Below are positions 40,009-50,232 of a DNA stretch of 64,000 bases, one piece after another; the stretch's first letter is position 1; the number at the start of each line of letters is the position of its first letter. The notes beneath the pieces were generated by a model that saw nothing but the letters and a program-made list of their open reading frames with translations, was not told where the DNA came from and ran no database searches. This stretch comes from Cyanobacteria bacterium P01_F01_bin.150. GTDB taxonomy: Bacteria > Cyanobacteriota > Cyanobacteriia > CAKZMO01. The DNA is taken from positions 73,697-137,696 of the forward strand of contig JBCCYL010000008.1 of NCBI GenBank assembly GCA_039189765.1. Reading direction: 5' to 3'. The position numbers were made by a program, and so were the translations under genes.

Positions 40009-41346
40009 CTAACTCCCCTGCTCCTCTAATTCTTCCTGCCCAACAATCGCCATTCCATTCGATAATTTCAAAATCCCGGACACGACGATCGCATCTCCCG
40101 CTTCAAGCCCCTCTAGAACTTGGTATTGATTGCCTTGAATATCGCCTAATGTGACCGAACGCTGCTGAGCAATCAGCTTTGATTCGCCCGTTTCTTCATT
40201 GGTGGCATCGGTGACAACAAAAATAAATGGCTGTCCAGCCAATCGAGAAATGGCCGTGGCGGGCACCAGAACGCCAGAGCGCTGCTGCCAAATAATTGCG
40301 GCTTCTACCCGTTGATCATCGAAGAGAATATTCGTAGCATTTTCAAAAGAGGCTTCCACGGTCAGGGTTTGGGTCGCCGGGTTGACCTGAGGAGCAATAA
40401 AGCTGACCCGTCCAGTCACGCCTTGGTCATCCTCTGGAGAGCGTCTGATTTCTACAGGCAATCCTAAGCTGAGCCGATCACGATATTCAATGGGCACCGC
40501 AAGGGAAAGATCCAATGTTTGATTTTGAGTAATAGATGTCAACGCATCCCCTGTTTCCACATAGTCTCCCTGCTTTGTCACCATATCGCCAATCACGCCA
40601 TTGATAGGGGCCGTCACCAGGGTGTCTTGGAGATCGGCTTGCACAATGTTGACTTGAGATTGGGACTGGGATAACGCTGCCTCCGCCTCTTTGACCGACG
40701 CTTGGGATTCTTGAACTCTCTCGGTAGCAACATCAAGGGACGCGATCGCCCGTTCCCAATTGCGCGTCACCACATCTAGCTGCTGCTGAGACTCTGCCCC
40801 TTCCTCCACTAAATACTGAATCCGTTGAATTTCTTCCTCTTGGAGGGCGACTTCCGCTTCAGCCCTAACTTTTTCGGCCTCAGCGGTACGCACCTGTGCT
40901 TCAGCATTGGTCACAGCAGCCCGAGCAATACGAGTGTTGGCGATCGCCGTATTCACCTCTGCCTGACTACGATCGGGACTAAGACGCAGAATTGGATCCC
41001 CCACCGATACCGTATCACCAGAATCAACAAAGATATTCACGATCTGACCATCCATTTCAGGCTTGAGGACAACCCCTTGTTGAGCGTCTAAAGTACCGAT
41101 AAAGCTGGAGCGATCCTCTAAAGTACTTGTCTCTAGCGCCAAAATATCTACGGGAACGGGGCCAGTTTCCATCGTGGGCTGGGGCCGCGATCGCCCAAAC
41201 ACCCACCAAAGAGCCGCTAAGCTCCCTAGCAACACAGCAATCAGAATGGTCCATACCCAGTTAGCAGTTTGAGAGGTTCGGTGCAAAGCTGATGATGAAG
41301 ATACGTCCACCTGAAGGTGGCTAGATTGGGCATGTGATAGTTTCAT
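40009..41346 (-). CDS. RND efflux periplasmic adaptor (MFP)
   Basis: N-terminal TM helix, lipoyl-like halves, coiled coil, VTAPINGVI, VLEGLEAGD; ATG 41346 chosen as start. Confidence 0.92.
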   Translation of the reverse strand: MKLSHAQSSHLQVDVSSSSALHRTSQTANWVWTILIAVLLGSLAALWWVFGRSRPQPTMETGPVPVDILALETSTLEDRSSFIGTLDAQQGVVLKPEMDGQIVNIFVDSGDTVSVGDPILRLSPDRSQAEVNTAIANTRIARAAVTNAEAQVRTAEAEKVRAEAEVALQEEEIQRIQYLVEEGAESQQQLDVVTRNWERAIASLDVATERVQESQASVKEAEAALSQSQSQVNIVQADLQDTLVTAPINGVIGDMVTKQGDYVETGDALTSITQNQTLDLSLAVPIEYRDRLSLGLPVEIRRSPEDDQGVTGRVSFIAPQVNPATQTLTVEASFENATNILFDDQRVEAAIIWQQRSGVLVPATAISRLAGQPFIFVVTDATNEETGESKLIAQQRSVTLGDIQGNQYQVLEGLEAGDAIVVSGILKLSNGMAIVGQEELEEQGS

Positions 41347-41476
41347 TATTGAGATGGTTTGAGTGGGAATGAAGAGATACTGCCCCCATAGTTGCCATGA
41401 AGCTGGGCAGTAAACATCCCCCAAAAGGCTTAAGTTTCATATCAATGTTACAGAACTCCAACCCAAATTTACCAAA

Positions 41477-41556
41477 GAGTATCAGCTCTAAGCAGGTAAT
41501 GGGGGCACTTCACGTCCCCACCGCCGTTAAATTTGTTTCGCCTTAAAATGAAACCC
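41477..41556 (+). repeat. ~80-bp MITE-like element, with a degenerate inverted copy at ~41589-41659
   Basis: GAGTATCAGCTCTAAGC...CCGTTAAATTTGTTTCGCCTTAAAATGAAACCC. Confidence 0.7.
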
Positions 41557-41745
41557 CGACAAAAAAAGTAGAATAGATAAAAATACTTAGTGGCCCCTAA
41601 GCGAACGTTAACAAACAGCGTTTTCTATAAATCCAAACGTTGCCTACATTCTGATACCCTTTCCAGAATCGTCACAAAGAAGAACTTTTAGTTGTTATGC
41701 ATCAACAAAATTGCCCTTGCCCTCCTTTCAATATAGTCAAGTAAT

Positions 41746-43242
41746 ATGAGTGCAGCTTATACTCGTCTCAACCAAGCAGTAGCGAAGTGCAAAGAGACTC
41801 TTTTAGGACCTGACGGTTGGTATGATGCCTGCATGCGAGTCAGCAATATTTTGACAAGCATGGGGCGCTTTAATGAAGCGTCTCAATGGCATTCAATGGC
41901 CGTTGAGACAGAACCTAATCCTACCCAGTTTCATGCCAAAGTCGCTGTACTTTACGTCATTCAGGAAGAATGGGACGAAGCAATCAATTGGTACAGTCAA
42001 CTCTTAGAAATCAATCCGCAATATGCAGAAGCCCATCGTAATTTGGCACAGATTTATTCCCGTTTAGGAGATACTGATAACGAGGTCATTCACTGGTATG
42101 AGTTTTTGTCTCATAAACCGGAATTAGGAACTCCCGAAGGCCATGTCAAACTGGGTGACTCGCTTCAAGAACAAGGCAAATTTGAGCAGGCAGCCATTTG
42201 TTATGAGCGAGCAATCGTTGCCAAGGATCAGTATTGGCAAGCGTATGATGCGTTAGCTGAACTACGAAGCAAACAAAAGCGATGGAATGATGTTGCTGAT
42301 TGCTACCAGCGCATGCTGGAACAAGACCCCAGCAAAGTAGAAGTTCACTACAATCTTGGCAAGGTATGGCTCCAGCAAAAGCACTATGACAGAGCGATCG
42401 CCAAATTTAGAGAAATCAATACACTAGACCCAACGTTTTCCCAAGCATATCAAAGCTTAGTCCAATGCTTGGTGGAAAGGGAGCAATGGGATGACGTTGT
42501 TTCCACCTGTCGTTCTGCCACTAATTCGATCGAAGATTTGCCCTGGGCATATCGTCAAATGGGTCGAGCATTGGCGCAGAAAGGTGAAGAAAAGGAGGCG
42601 ATCGCAGCCTACCAGCAAGTCTTTCAACTCCATGGATGGGAGGAGTGCTCCAAAAACGACTATCAGGTTATTGACGACTACTTTAGTGACCAAATTCCCC
42701 TATGGCAGAAACATTTACAGCCCTTGATCAAGCAAGAAGGAGGGGCAGCGCTAGTGATAGGTAGCCAGCAAGGCATTATCCCTTGTTGGTTATTGGATAA
42801 AGTTTTGACCCATATGTCTGATGAATTATTTTGTGTTGATCAGGCTTTTTCTAAAGCCTTTGACCAAAACATTAATCAAACGAGCGGGCTAGAGAAAATT
42901 GTTTGCCTTGAAGGACAGCCACTTTCCCTACTGCCAGAGTTACCCAGTGACTGCTTTGACCTCATTGTTGTTCAGGAGCGACGACGAAAAGCAGACTATA
43001 CTCAGCAGGAAATGGACTTATGCTGGCCTTTACTGAAAACAGGAGGAGTAGTAATCGTCCAGGAATATAGCTGGGAGCATCCAGGGGGTCCACAGCATTC
43101 TCCCAAAGCAGGAGTAGATAGTTTTTTAAAAACCATCAAGGGTCAGTTTGACATCTTATCCCAGGAACATCAGCTTATTTTTAAGAAAAAAGCCCTGAGT
43201 GTTGTTTTCTCGCCGCTGCGCGGGGGAAAAGCCCTGTTCTAG
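41746..43242 (+). CDS. TPR repeat protein with C-terminal class I SAM methyltransferase-like domain
   Basis: Multiple TPRs; ALVIGSQQG, FDLIVV, WPLLKTGG, PKAGVDSFL. Confidence 0.8.
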   Translation: MSAAYTRLNQAVAKCKETLLGPDGWYDACMRVSNILTSMGRFNEASQWHSMAVETEPNPTQFHAKVAVLYVIQEEWDEAINWYSQLLEINPQYAEAHRNLAQIYSRLGDTDNEVIHWYEFLSHKPELGTPEGHVKLGDSLQEQGKFEQAAICYERAIVAKDQYWQAYDALAELRSKQKRWNDVADCYQRMLEQDPSKVEVHYNLGKVWLQQKHYDRAIAKFREINTLDPTFSQAYQSLVQCLVEREQWDDVVSTCRSATNSIEDLPWAYRQMGRALAQKGEEKEAIAAYQQVFQLHGWEECSKNDYQVIDDYFSDQIPLWQKHLQPLIKQEGGAALVIGSQQGIIPCWLLDKVLTHMSDELFCVDQAFSKAFDQNINQTSGLEKIVCLEGQPLSLLPELPSDCFDLIVVQERRRKADYTQQEMDLCWPLLKTGGVVIVQEYSWEHPGGPQHSPKAGVDSFLKTIKGQFDILSQEHQLIFKKKALSVVFSPLRGGKALF

Positions 43243-43287
43243 AATCTGACTTAAAACCGATCAACTGATTAAATACTGGCAATACTG

Positions 43288-43656
43288 ATGAAAACAGAAT
43301 ATCGAGTTTTACAGCGACTCTCACTTCTAGGTGCCTGTGTCATATTTGGTTCGGTACAGGGCTGTCGGATTGGCTCTCGTTCTATTGAGTCACTCCAAGA
43401 AATACATCAGTATCCCACTACGGTTACTGTAGAGGGAATAGTGGGCGATCGCGTCCCCCTCGTTAATCAATATCTGTATGAGCTAGAGGATGCATCGGGT
43501 ACGATTTGGGTGCAAAGCGCTGGCGATATCTCGAATATGGCGGCCCAACAGCGCATCCAGGTCAAAGGTAAGCTTCAACACTACTCAATGCCAGAATTTG
43601 GCAGCGGCTATGGTGAACTTTTGATTAAAGAGTTAAGCCATCAGGTAATAGAGTAA
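43288..43656 (+). CDS. Putative OB-fold lipoprotein
   Basis: VQGC lipobox-like; VTVEGIVG...YELEDASGTIWV...IQVKGKL. Confidence 0.65.
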   Translation: MKTEYRVLQRLSLLGACVIFGSVQGCRIGSRSIESLQEIHQYPTTVTVEGIVGDRVPLVNQYLYELEDASGTIWVQSAGDISNMAAQQRIQVKGKLQHYSMPEFGSGYGELLIKELSHQVIE

Positions 43657-43689
43657 TAGCCTATGATAGGCTAAAGTGCCTATTTTTTA

Positions 43690-43768
43690 GGAGTTCGCTT
43701 TAAGGCGAGGCAAGATCAGCGGTAGCGTAGGTGTTCGTTCTCACGCTACCCGCTTTAGTTTAATGCCC
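43690..43768 (-). repeat. ~80-bp MITE-like element
   Basis: GGAGTTCGCTTTAAGGCG...GGTAGCGT/ACGCTACC hairpin...TTTAGTTTAATGCCC. Confidence 0.7.
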
Positions 43769-43796
43769 ATTTTGGGGAATGTTCTGGGGGGAAAGC

Positions 43797-45641
43797 ATGG
43801 CGTTAGTAGTTCAGAAATATGGTGGCACATCCGTTGGTTCAGTGGAGCGGATTCAAGCCGTTGCTGAGCGAGTGGTCAACACTGCTAAAGCTGGTCAATC
43901 AGTGGTCGTTGTAGTGTCGGCGATGGGTAAGAGCACGGATACTCTGGTGGACCTAGCCAATCAAATTTCCTCCAATCCCAGCCACCGGGAAATGGATATG
44001 CTGCTGTCCACTGGTGAGCAAGTCTCCATCGCCCTGCTGAGTATGGCCATCCAAGAACTAGGTCATCCGGCTGTTTCCCTCACTGGAGCACAGGTCGGCA
44101 TTGTTACCGAAACAGCCCACACCCGCGCTCGAATTCTCAAAATCAAAACCGATCGGCTCCAGCGCTATTTAGGCGAGGGAAAAGTAGTTGTAGTTGCCGG
44201 ATTTCAGGGAATTGCCCAAAGTGACGATCTGGAAATTACCACCCTCGGTCGCGGCGGTTCCGATACCTCAGCAGTGGCGTTGGCCGCTTCTCTAGCTGCT
44301 GATGCTTGCGAAATTTACACGGATGTTCCCGGCATCCTGACCACTGACCCCCGGATTGTCCCCGATGCTCAACTGATGCCAGAAATCACCTCCGATGAAA
44401 TGCTAGAGTTAGCCAGCTTGGGGGCCAGCGTCCTTCATCCCCGCGCGGTGGAAATTGCCCGTAATTATGGGGTGACTCTAGTGGTGCGATCAAGCTGGAG
44501 TGATGAGCCAGGGACAAAAGTCATTTCCCCTGCGGCCCAGGAGCGATCATTGGAAGGACTGGAATTATCCCAGGCGGTAGATGCAGTGGAATTAGATCGA
44601 AGCCAAGCTAAAGTTGCCTTGCTCCATGTTCCTGATCGCCCTGGTATTGCCGCTCAGCTATTTGGAGATGTGGCAGAAAAGGGTTTGGATGTGGATTTAA
44701 TTATTCAGTCCATCCATGACGGCAACACCAATGATATTGCGTTTACGATCAACCGAGACTGCCTAGAAAAAGCAGAAGCGTTAACAAAGGCTATTGCTCC
44801 TACGTTGCATCAAACGCCCACGACTCCCAATAAAGCAGACGTGTTGTCTGAACCTCAAATCACCAAGGTCAGCATCGTTGGTGCCGGGATGATTGGCCGA
44901 CCTGGGGTGGCCGCTAAGATGTTTTCGGCCTTGGCCCATGCTGAAGTTAATATTCAAATGATTTCCACCTCTGAGGTCAAGGTTAGCTGTACCATTGACG
45001 CACAGGACTGCGATCGCGCTGTTACAATCCTCTGCGACACTTTTAATATTGCCCATTCTCCCATTCCCGCCGCATCTGCAATTTATGCTAAATCCGGCCA
45101 GCCATTGGCACCGACGTCGAGAAATTCAACTCCAGTGGTGCGAGGTGCTGCCTTAGATCGGAAACAGGCCCGAGTCGCGATTCGCCATATTCCCAATCGT
45201 CCTGGCATGGCCGCTCGAATTTTCGAACTATTGGCAGAGCATCACATTAGCGTAGACACCATTATCCAGTCCCAGCGTTGCCAGATGGACAGCGATCAGC
45301 CCGCCGATATCGCCTTTACTGTGGCCCAGGGAGATTCAGAAAAAGCCAAAGAGCTATTGAGCAGCATTGCCCCTGATTTAGGCTGTGCCCCTGATGATAT
45401 TGCTGTGGATGAGGCGATCGCCAAGGTCAGCGTTGTCGGCATCGGCATGATTAGCCAGCCAGGGGTTGCTGCGAAGATGTTTGAAGCCCTATCCCAAGAA
45501 AATATCAATATTCAGATGATTACCACTTCTGAAATCAAAATAAGCTGCGTGGTATCGGAGGATCAGGGCGTGGATGCACTGAAGTTAGTGCATGCAGCCT
45601 TTGGCCTGTCGGGGTCTTCCGTTGTGACGGTCCCTGCATAA
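43797..45641 (+). CDS. lysC: Aspartate kinase (cyanobacterial type with multiple ACT domains)
   Basis: [27 protein letters not shown], repeated [16 protein letters not shown] motifs. Confidence 0.95.
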   Translation: MALVVQKYGGTSVGSVERIQAVAERVVNTAKAGQSVVVVVSAMGKSTDTLVDLANQISSNPSHREMDMLLSTGEQVSIALLSMAIQELGHPAVSLTGAQVGIVTETAHTRARILKIKTDRLQRYLGEGKVVVVAGFQGIAQSDDLEITTLGRGGSDTSAVALAASLAADACEIYTDVPGILTTDPRIVPDAQLMPEITSDEMLELASLGASVLHPRAVEIARNYGVTLVVRSSWSDEPGTKVISPAAQERSLEGLELSQAVDAVELDRSQAKVALLHVPDRPGIAAQLFGDVAEKGLDVDLIIQSIHDGNTNDIAFTINRDCLEKAEALTKAIAPTLHQTPTTPNKADVLSEPQITKVSIVGAGMIGRPGVAAKMFSALAHAEVNIQMISTSEVKVSCTIDAQDCDRAVTILCDTFNIAHSPIPAASAIYAKSGQPLAPTSRNSTPVVRGAALDRKQARVAIRHIPNRPGMAARIFELLAEHHISVDTIIQSQRCQMDSDQPADIAFTVAQGDSEKAKELLSSIAPDLGCAPDDIAVDEAIAKVSVVGIGMISQPGVAAKMFEALSQENINIQMITTSEIKISCVVSEDQGVDALKLVHAAFGLSGSSVVTVPA

Positions 45642-45672
45642 TCTAACAATCAAACCTGGCAGATGGCCTGCT

Positions 45673-46407
45673 CTATCGCGCCAGCTCCCTATTTACCTTG
45701 TTAATACACTTCCATTCCGTGAGCTTACTCTTAATCTCTTGAGGAGGATTATCCAACTCCTCAGGCGATCGCATTCGTAACTTCCCCGTCAATTTGTAAT
45801 CAGCCATTCCAACATATTCCCGCAATAGCCGCCGCCACCGCTCTCGTTTTCCCAGTGATTCCAAGTCAGGGGGAATAATATGAGGCACTACTTCAAACCC
45901 CATACTTTGAAACACGGAGCGCGATCGCAACATATGCCTGGCATCCGTCACCAATAAAATATTTTTTGTGCCTTTGTCGCGCAATACGGCTGAGGTAAAC
46001 AAGGCATTTTCTTCCGTAGTCTGGGAACATTCTTCACCAGCTAGGGCTGCGGGAGGAATGCCATATTCCTCCTTCAGGACCTTGGCCATGGCTTGAGCGT
46101 CGAGCATACCACTGAGAAAAATATTGGATGCTCGCTCCTCTTGCCACAAGCTCCAGGCCACAGCCATTCTCTCGGGGCGAGCCTGTTCTCCTCGCCCCAA
46201 AACAACAATGGTATCAACGCGATCGCCCGAGTCTGTGGGCAACGTTGCCGTTAACCCAGAAGTCAACAAATTAATAAACACGTCTGAGGTAAATAATAGG
46301 AGGCTAATCACAACCACAGCCAAGGGTTGAATAAGCCATCGTCTTCGACGCTTGGGGCTGACCAACCACAGGACCCATAAAACGGCCATACAAATCAGGA
46401 TACCCAT
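45673..46407 (-). CDS. YdcF/DUF218 family protein
   Basis: DTIVVLGRG, EECSQTTEENA, LLVTDARHMLRS, LREY. Confidence 0.88.
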   Translation of the reverse strand: MGILICMAVLWVLWLVSPKRRRRWLIQPLAVVVISLLLFTSDVFINLLTSGLTATLPTDSGDRVDTIVVLGRGEQARPERMAVAWSLWQEERASNIFLSGMLDAQAMAKVLKEEYGIPPAALAGEECSQTTEENALFTSAVLRDKGTKNILLVTDARHMLRSRSVFQSMGFEVVPHIIPPDLESLGKRERWRRLLREYVGMADYKLTGKLRMRSPEELDNPPQEIKSKLTEWKCINKVNRELAR

Positions 46408-46550
46408 GGCGATTGACTAAATCTGATTAAAGGTTACAACTTAAAAATCTACTCGAAAAAAGCAGTAGCAACTACCCAGATTCACTACAGTATCGCTGTC
46501 GTCTCCTCTAAAGGGTAGCATTCAATCGATGGAACCCACCAATGGTTCAC

Positions 46551-46625
46551 TAGTGCAGCGTCAAACCTAAAAATTAGGGTAAATCCCTGTGGGATTTACC
46601 CTAAAACTAAGACCTAATAGAACTA
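46551..46625. repeat. Palindromic dispersed repeat, second family
   Basis: TTAGGGTAAATCCC-TGT-GGGATTTACCCTAA; homologous to 27229-27305. Confidence 0.7.
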
Positions 46626-46761
46626 ATATTCTAAGACAGAGACGTTTGAGGGCGATCGCACCTCTCACACGAACGTCCTAACCAATGCGACTATGATCAT
46701 CAATAGCCATAAATAGACTTTCAAGGGATAATCTATCTGCCAACCATTTGTTCTAATACCC

Positions 46762-47421
46762 ATGGCAAATGCTAAACCGATCAAAGTTGGCGATTCCGTT
46801 GCCGTGCGCACCGGAGTCAATAATCCTGATTTTGGCACCGATATTGGCGGATGGCAGGGAAGAGTGTCAGAGATCAACTCAGAGTCTCAGATCGCACTGA
46901 TTGACCTTGACAGCATCACGTTAAAAAACATGCCAGATGCCTACATTACCAAATGTGAAGAGGATGGCCTGGGCTGGAATTAAATCTACCTGGAGATGAC
47001 AGAGCTTAGATTAACCATCGAGCGCGATACACAGGAAGATGTTGAACAAGCCCTTGACGATTTAGACAATCAGCATGCCTATGACTACTTGGGAGAAGAC
47101 ATTCGTGAGATTCTCAAAGGAGTAGATCTGAGTGATGAAATGGAGGTGATAGACGCCTGGAATGACTATTTGGAGGACAATCTTAAATTTCCGTTTGATG
47201 CTTTTATTGCTGAACCCCAAGATAGAGGTCCCCTCAAAGGAGGGCAGACAGTTCGCGTCAAGGCTATTTTTGATGTGGATGATTTGTATGGCATCTTGGG
47301 TGCGATAACCCATCAACGGAAGACGTTTCATTTTCCTCTGTGTGATCTGGAGGCAAAGGATAAGAAATCCAGCAACTATCAGGTTTTAAAAAATTATGTA
47401 GTCTGGTTTGCCAATCGCTAA
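46762..47421 (+). pseudogene. CcbP-like calcium-binding domain gene split by an in-frame TAA
   Basis: ORFs 46762-46983 and 46996-47421 share one frame; single TAA at 46981; C-terminal half LKFPF...DDLYGI...FPLCDLE...WFANR. Confidence 0.7.
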
Positions 47422-47495
47422 CTCCAAAATCCCTCCTTCCCAACGGGACACTGAAAAGTCCGCCTGAGCCAGACTCCGACTGGGCACCAGGAGCC

Positions 47496-48717
47496 AAAAA
47501 AGCCAATATCGGCATCGACCAGATCCAAGCCGCCATTCACCAAGAAACCGATCGCCTCGAACACCTGCGTACCCCATTTCCCAGTAGCTGGTCCGCCATT
47601 AAAGACCGACTAGCCGATATGGATGAAAACTATATCCCCTTTGAAAAATACCGAGATATCTGTAACCAAGATGGTGAAACCGACTCCAGCCATCAAGACT
47701 CCCTGGCCGTCCATCTCCACAGCCTTGGCATCGCCCTCAACGACAAAGACGACCCCCGCCTCCGCGATACCCACGTCCTAAATCCTCACTGGGTCAACAA
47801 CGGCATCTATACCCTGCTTAACGTCCACGAGCTGGCCGACACCAACGGCGAACTAGAATCTGCATGCCTCTCCCGCACCCTAGACACCACGAACTATCCC
47901 CCTGAACGCCACGGCTTTTTGCTGGACCTGATGCGAAAATTTGAGCTATGCTTTCGCTTCCAGGAAGACGATCACCGCTACCTGATTCCCGACCTACTGG
48001 ATAAACAGCAGCCCGCTGTCACTGCCGACAGTAATCCAGCCGAATGCCTCAACTTCCGCTACGAATATCCCATCCTGCCAGCAGGATTACTGCCCCGCTT
48101 TATCGTCCGTACCCATATTCTTAGTGCCCCCACCCTGCGCTGGCGCACCGGAGTGATTCTGGAGTTTGAGGGCAATCGCGCTCTAGTAAGGGGCGATCGC
48201 CAACAGCGCTCCGTCTCCATCAATATCCAAGGCCCCGCCCATAGCCGTCGTCGCCTCCTAGCAATTATTTGCTCCGACTTCGATCGTATCCACAGCAGCT
48301 TTAAATTTACCCCCACCAAACGGGTACCCATCCCCGGCAATTCCACCGTTACCGTCAGCTATGAAGAACTGCTGGCCAGAGAAAAGCAAGGACGTAAATC
48401 TTTCGACGTATTATCTCGGCAACGACGAACTGCTGGCACTCAACGTTCAGGATCTGCTCAACGGCGTGGATTTAGAGGGCAGCCGAGACCGGGCATCTCG
48501 TCGCGATCGCGACACCTGGGACGACCGTCATCGGCGGGGCATGATTTGGGTCATTCCGATTATTGTGCGGCCCTTGGACTGGCAAGGCACTCCCTTTGGC
48601 GACCTCAAATCTGTGCCATCGAATGGGAAGGCGGTAACGACGTGGGGCAATCGCGATGCTGCTTGGTTCGATGTAGAAACGGGGATCAAACGGGCGATCG
48701 AATCTCTTCACGCCTAA
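47496..48717 (+). pseudogene. Remnant of a Roc-COR-TIR (Roco) protein gene
   Basis: Frame of 47619 extends upstream as NIGIDQIQAAIHQETDRLEHLRTPFPSSW; COR motifs LHSLG, VLNPHWV, LMRKFELCF, GLLPRFIVR; frameshift near 48405; TIR tail VIPIIVRPLDW...GKAVTTWGNRDAAW. Confidence 0.8.
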
Positions 48718-49709
48718 ACATGAGGATGATGCACCACCGTAGTAGGCAACACAGATAGACTTTGGGCAGAAGGGGGATGGACTTGATTTAAAGCCCATTC
48801 GGCCGTAGCGCGAACCTCTGGGTCTTCATCGGCAATCGCCTGGGCCAAAATTTGGTTGATATGTTCCATCGCTCGGTAGAGACGGGTAATATCCCGAATC
48901 GCATTTTTCCGCACGTCCGCATTTTTATCCTGCAAAGACAGCATCAATGCCTGATTCATCGGAGTCAGCGTGCGAACCCCAATCTCCGACAGTGCCGCCA
49001 AAATCAGACTTCGCTGCTGGGAATCTGAGTTAACCATGCTATCGACTAATGGCTGAACCGCAATAGGAGCGCCTAGCTGGCCTAACTCCCAAATGGCCTG
49101 TCGTCGGATCGCGCGATCGCGACTCTCTAGATTATTGAGAAGATATTCAATCGAACGATTCACCTGCAAACTGTGACCAGAACTAGCAGCCTTAGCCAGG
49201 ATAGAAGAACGAGTTAATGTATCACAAGACACATTACGAACAGATATACCTTTAGAAGGCTGATGCCGAACCGCCAGGGAGGAAACGGTTACCACTGAAG
49301 ATAAAGCAGCAGTGCGTTGGGAAGAAGTGACCGCAGACGCTCTGCTAGGTAAACCCACAACATTCCGATGGCTGTGTTCCGTCTGCCCAGCATCATGGCT
49401 CTTCAATACATAAGCACTAATTCCTGTACCAACTACAGCCGCTGATGCTAGCCAAATCCAGGGTAAAACTGATGGCCGTTGCTGCTGAGGTTCCACAACA
49501 GCCAAGGGCAAGACATCAGTTGCCGTTTGGTTGAGATCAGACAGCAACGGTTCAAAGGTCTGTACGATAAAATCTGATGCTCGCTTCTCCTCAAACAAAG
49601 AAATAGATAAAAGAGGAAAATGAATAGAGGCGGAGTCCTGGAGCGAAACTCCCATCCAATGGCTACACACCAGCAAGAGTGATAGAACGATACGATCCAA
49701 CATGGCCAT
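48714..49709 (-). CDS. HEAT repeat membrane-associated protein
   Basis: IRRQAIWELG, DVRKNAIRDI, DEDPEVRATAEWAL. Confidence 0.8.
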   Translation of the reverse strand: MAMLDRIVLSLLLVCSHWMGVSLQDSASIHFPLLSISLFEEKRASDFIVQTFEPLLSDLNQTATDVLPLAVVEPQQQRPSVLPWIWLASAAVVGTGISAYVLKSHDAGQTEHSHRNVVGLPSRASAVTSSQRTAALSSVVTVSSLAVRHQPSKGISVRNVSCDTLTRSSILAKAASSGHSLQVNRSIEYLLNNLESRDRAIRRQAIWELGQLGAPIAVQPLVDSMVNSDSQQRSLILAALSEIGVRTLTPMNQALMLSLQDKNADVRKNAIRDITRLYRAMEHINQILAQAIADEDPEVRATAEWALNQVHPPSAQSLSVLPTTVVHHPHV

Positions 49710-49884
49710 GACTTATCCAAAACGACTTTCCGCATCGGCCCTATTGTTCCCATTTCCAAAAGGAATGCACTAAAAAGCCAAAAGGGTCTTCAGTAACGTT
49801 ACGGAACCTAGCACTCCCCAAAGCCTGGATTCCACTTCCTATAGCCTTTTCAATCAATATCGGTCACATACAAACTCCATCACG

Positions 49885-49926
49885 GCTCAACGCTCAACGC
49901 TCAATGCCCAACGCCCAACGCTCAAC
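49885..49926 (+). repeat. Heptamer STRR (GCYCAAY) x6
   Basis: GCTCAAC GCTCAAC GCTCAAT GCCCAAC GCCCAAC GCTCAAC. Confidence 0.85.
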
Positions 49927-50232
49927 ATGCGCCCCACGCCCCCCCCACGCCTAACTCTAACTTTCAGTAATGTTACGTATTACATCGCTGAAAATAAAGC
50001 ACTTTGCTTCATCGTAAAATCAGATCTGAATCCCTACGTGCACTACCATTATGAAATTCCCCCAGTCCTTCCTAATTCTTGGTTGCGGTGTAGCCTTGGG
50101 CATGGAAATTGCATTCCACGCAACTGAATGGATTTGGCAAGTCCTCAATTCCATTGATTCAGTATCTGAAAAAACTGGCAACGTTGTCTTTGTTATGCCT
50201 CCGCCTGCGGAATCTCAAACGATGAGAAATTT

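Noticed and set aside
46981..46983. Selenocysteine or pyrrolysine read-through
   Set aside because: The stop is TAA, not TGA or TAG. The YHS protein also has an ordinary Cys codon.
47619..48758. 379-aa ORF taken as an intact protein
   Set aside because: Its tail after about residue 263 is out-of-frame read-through of a frameshifted pseudogene.
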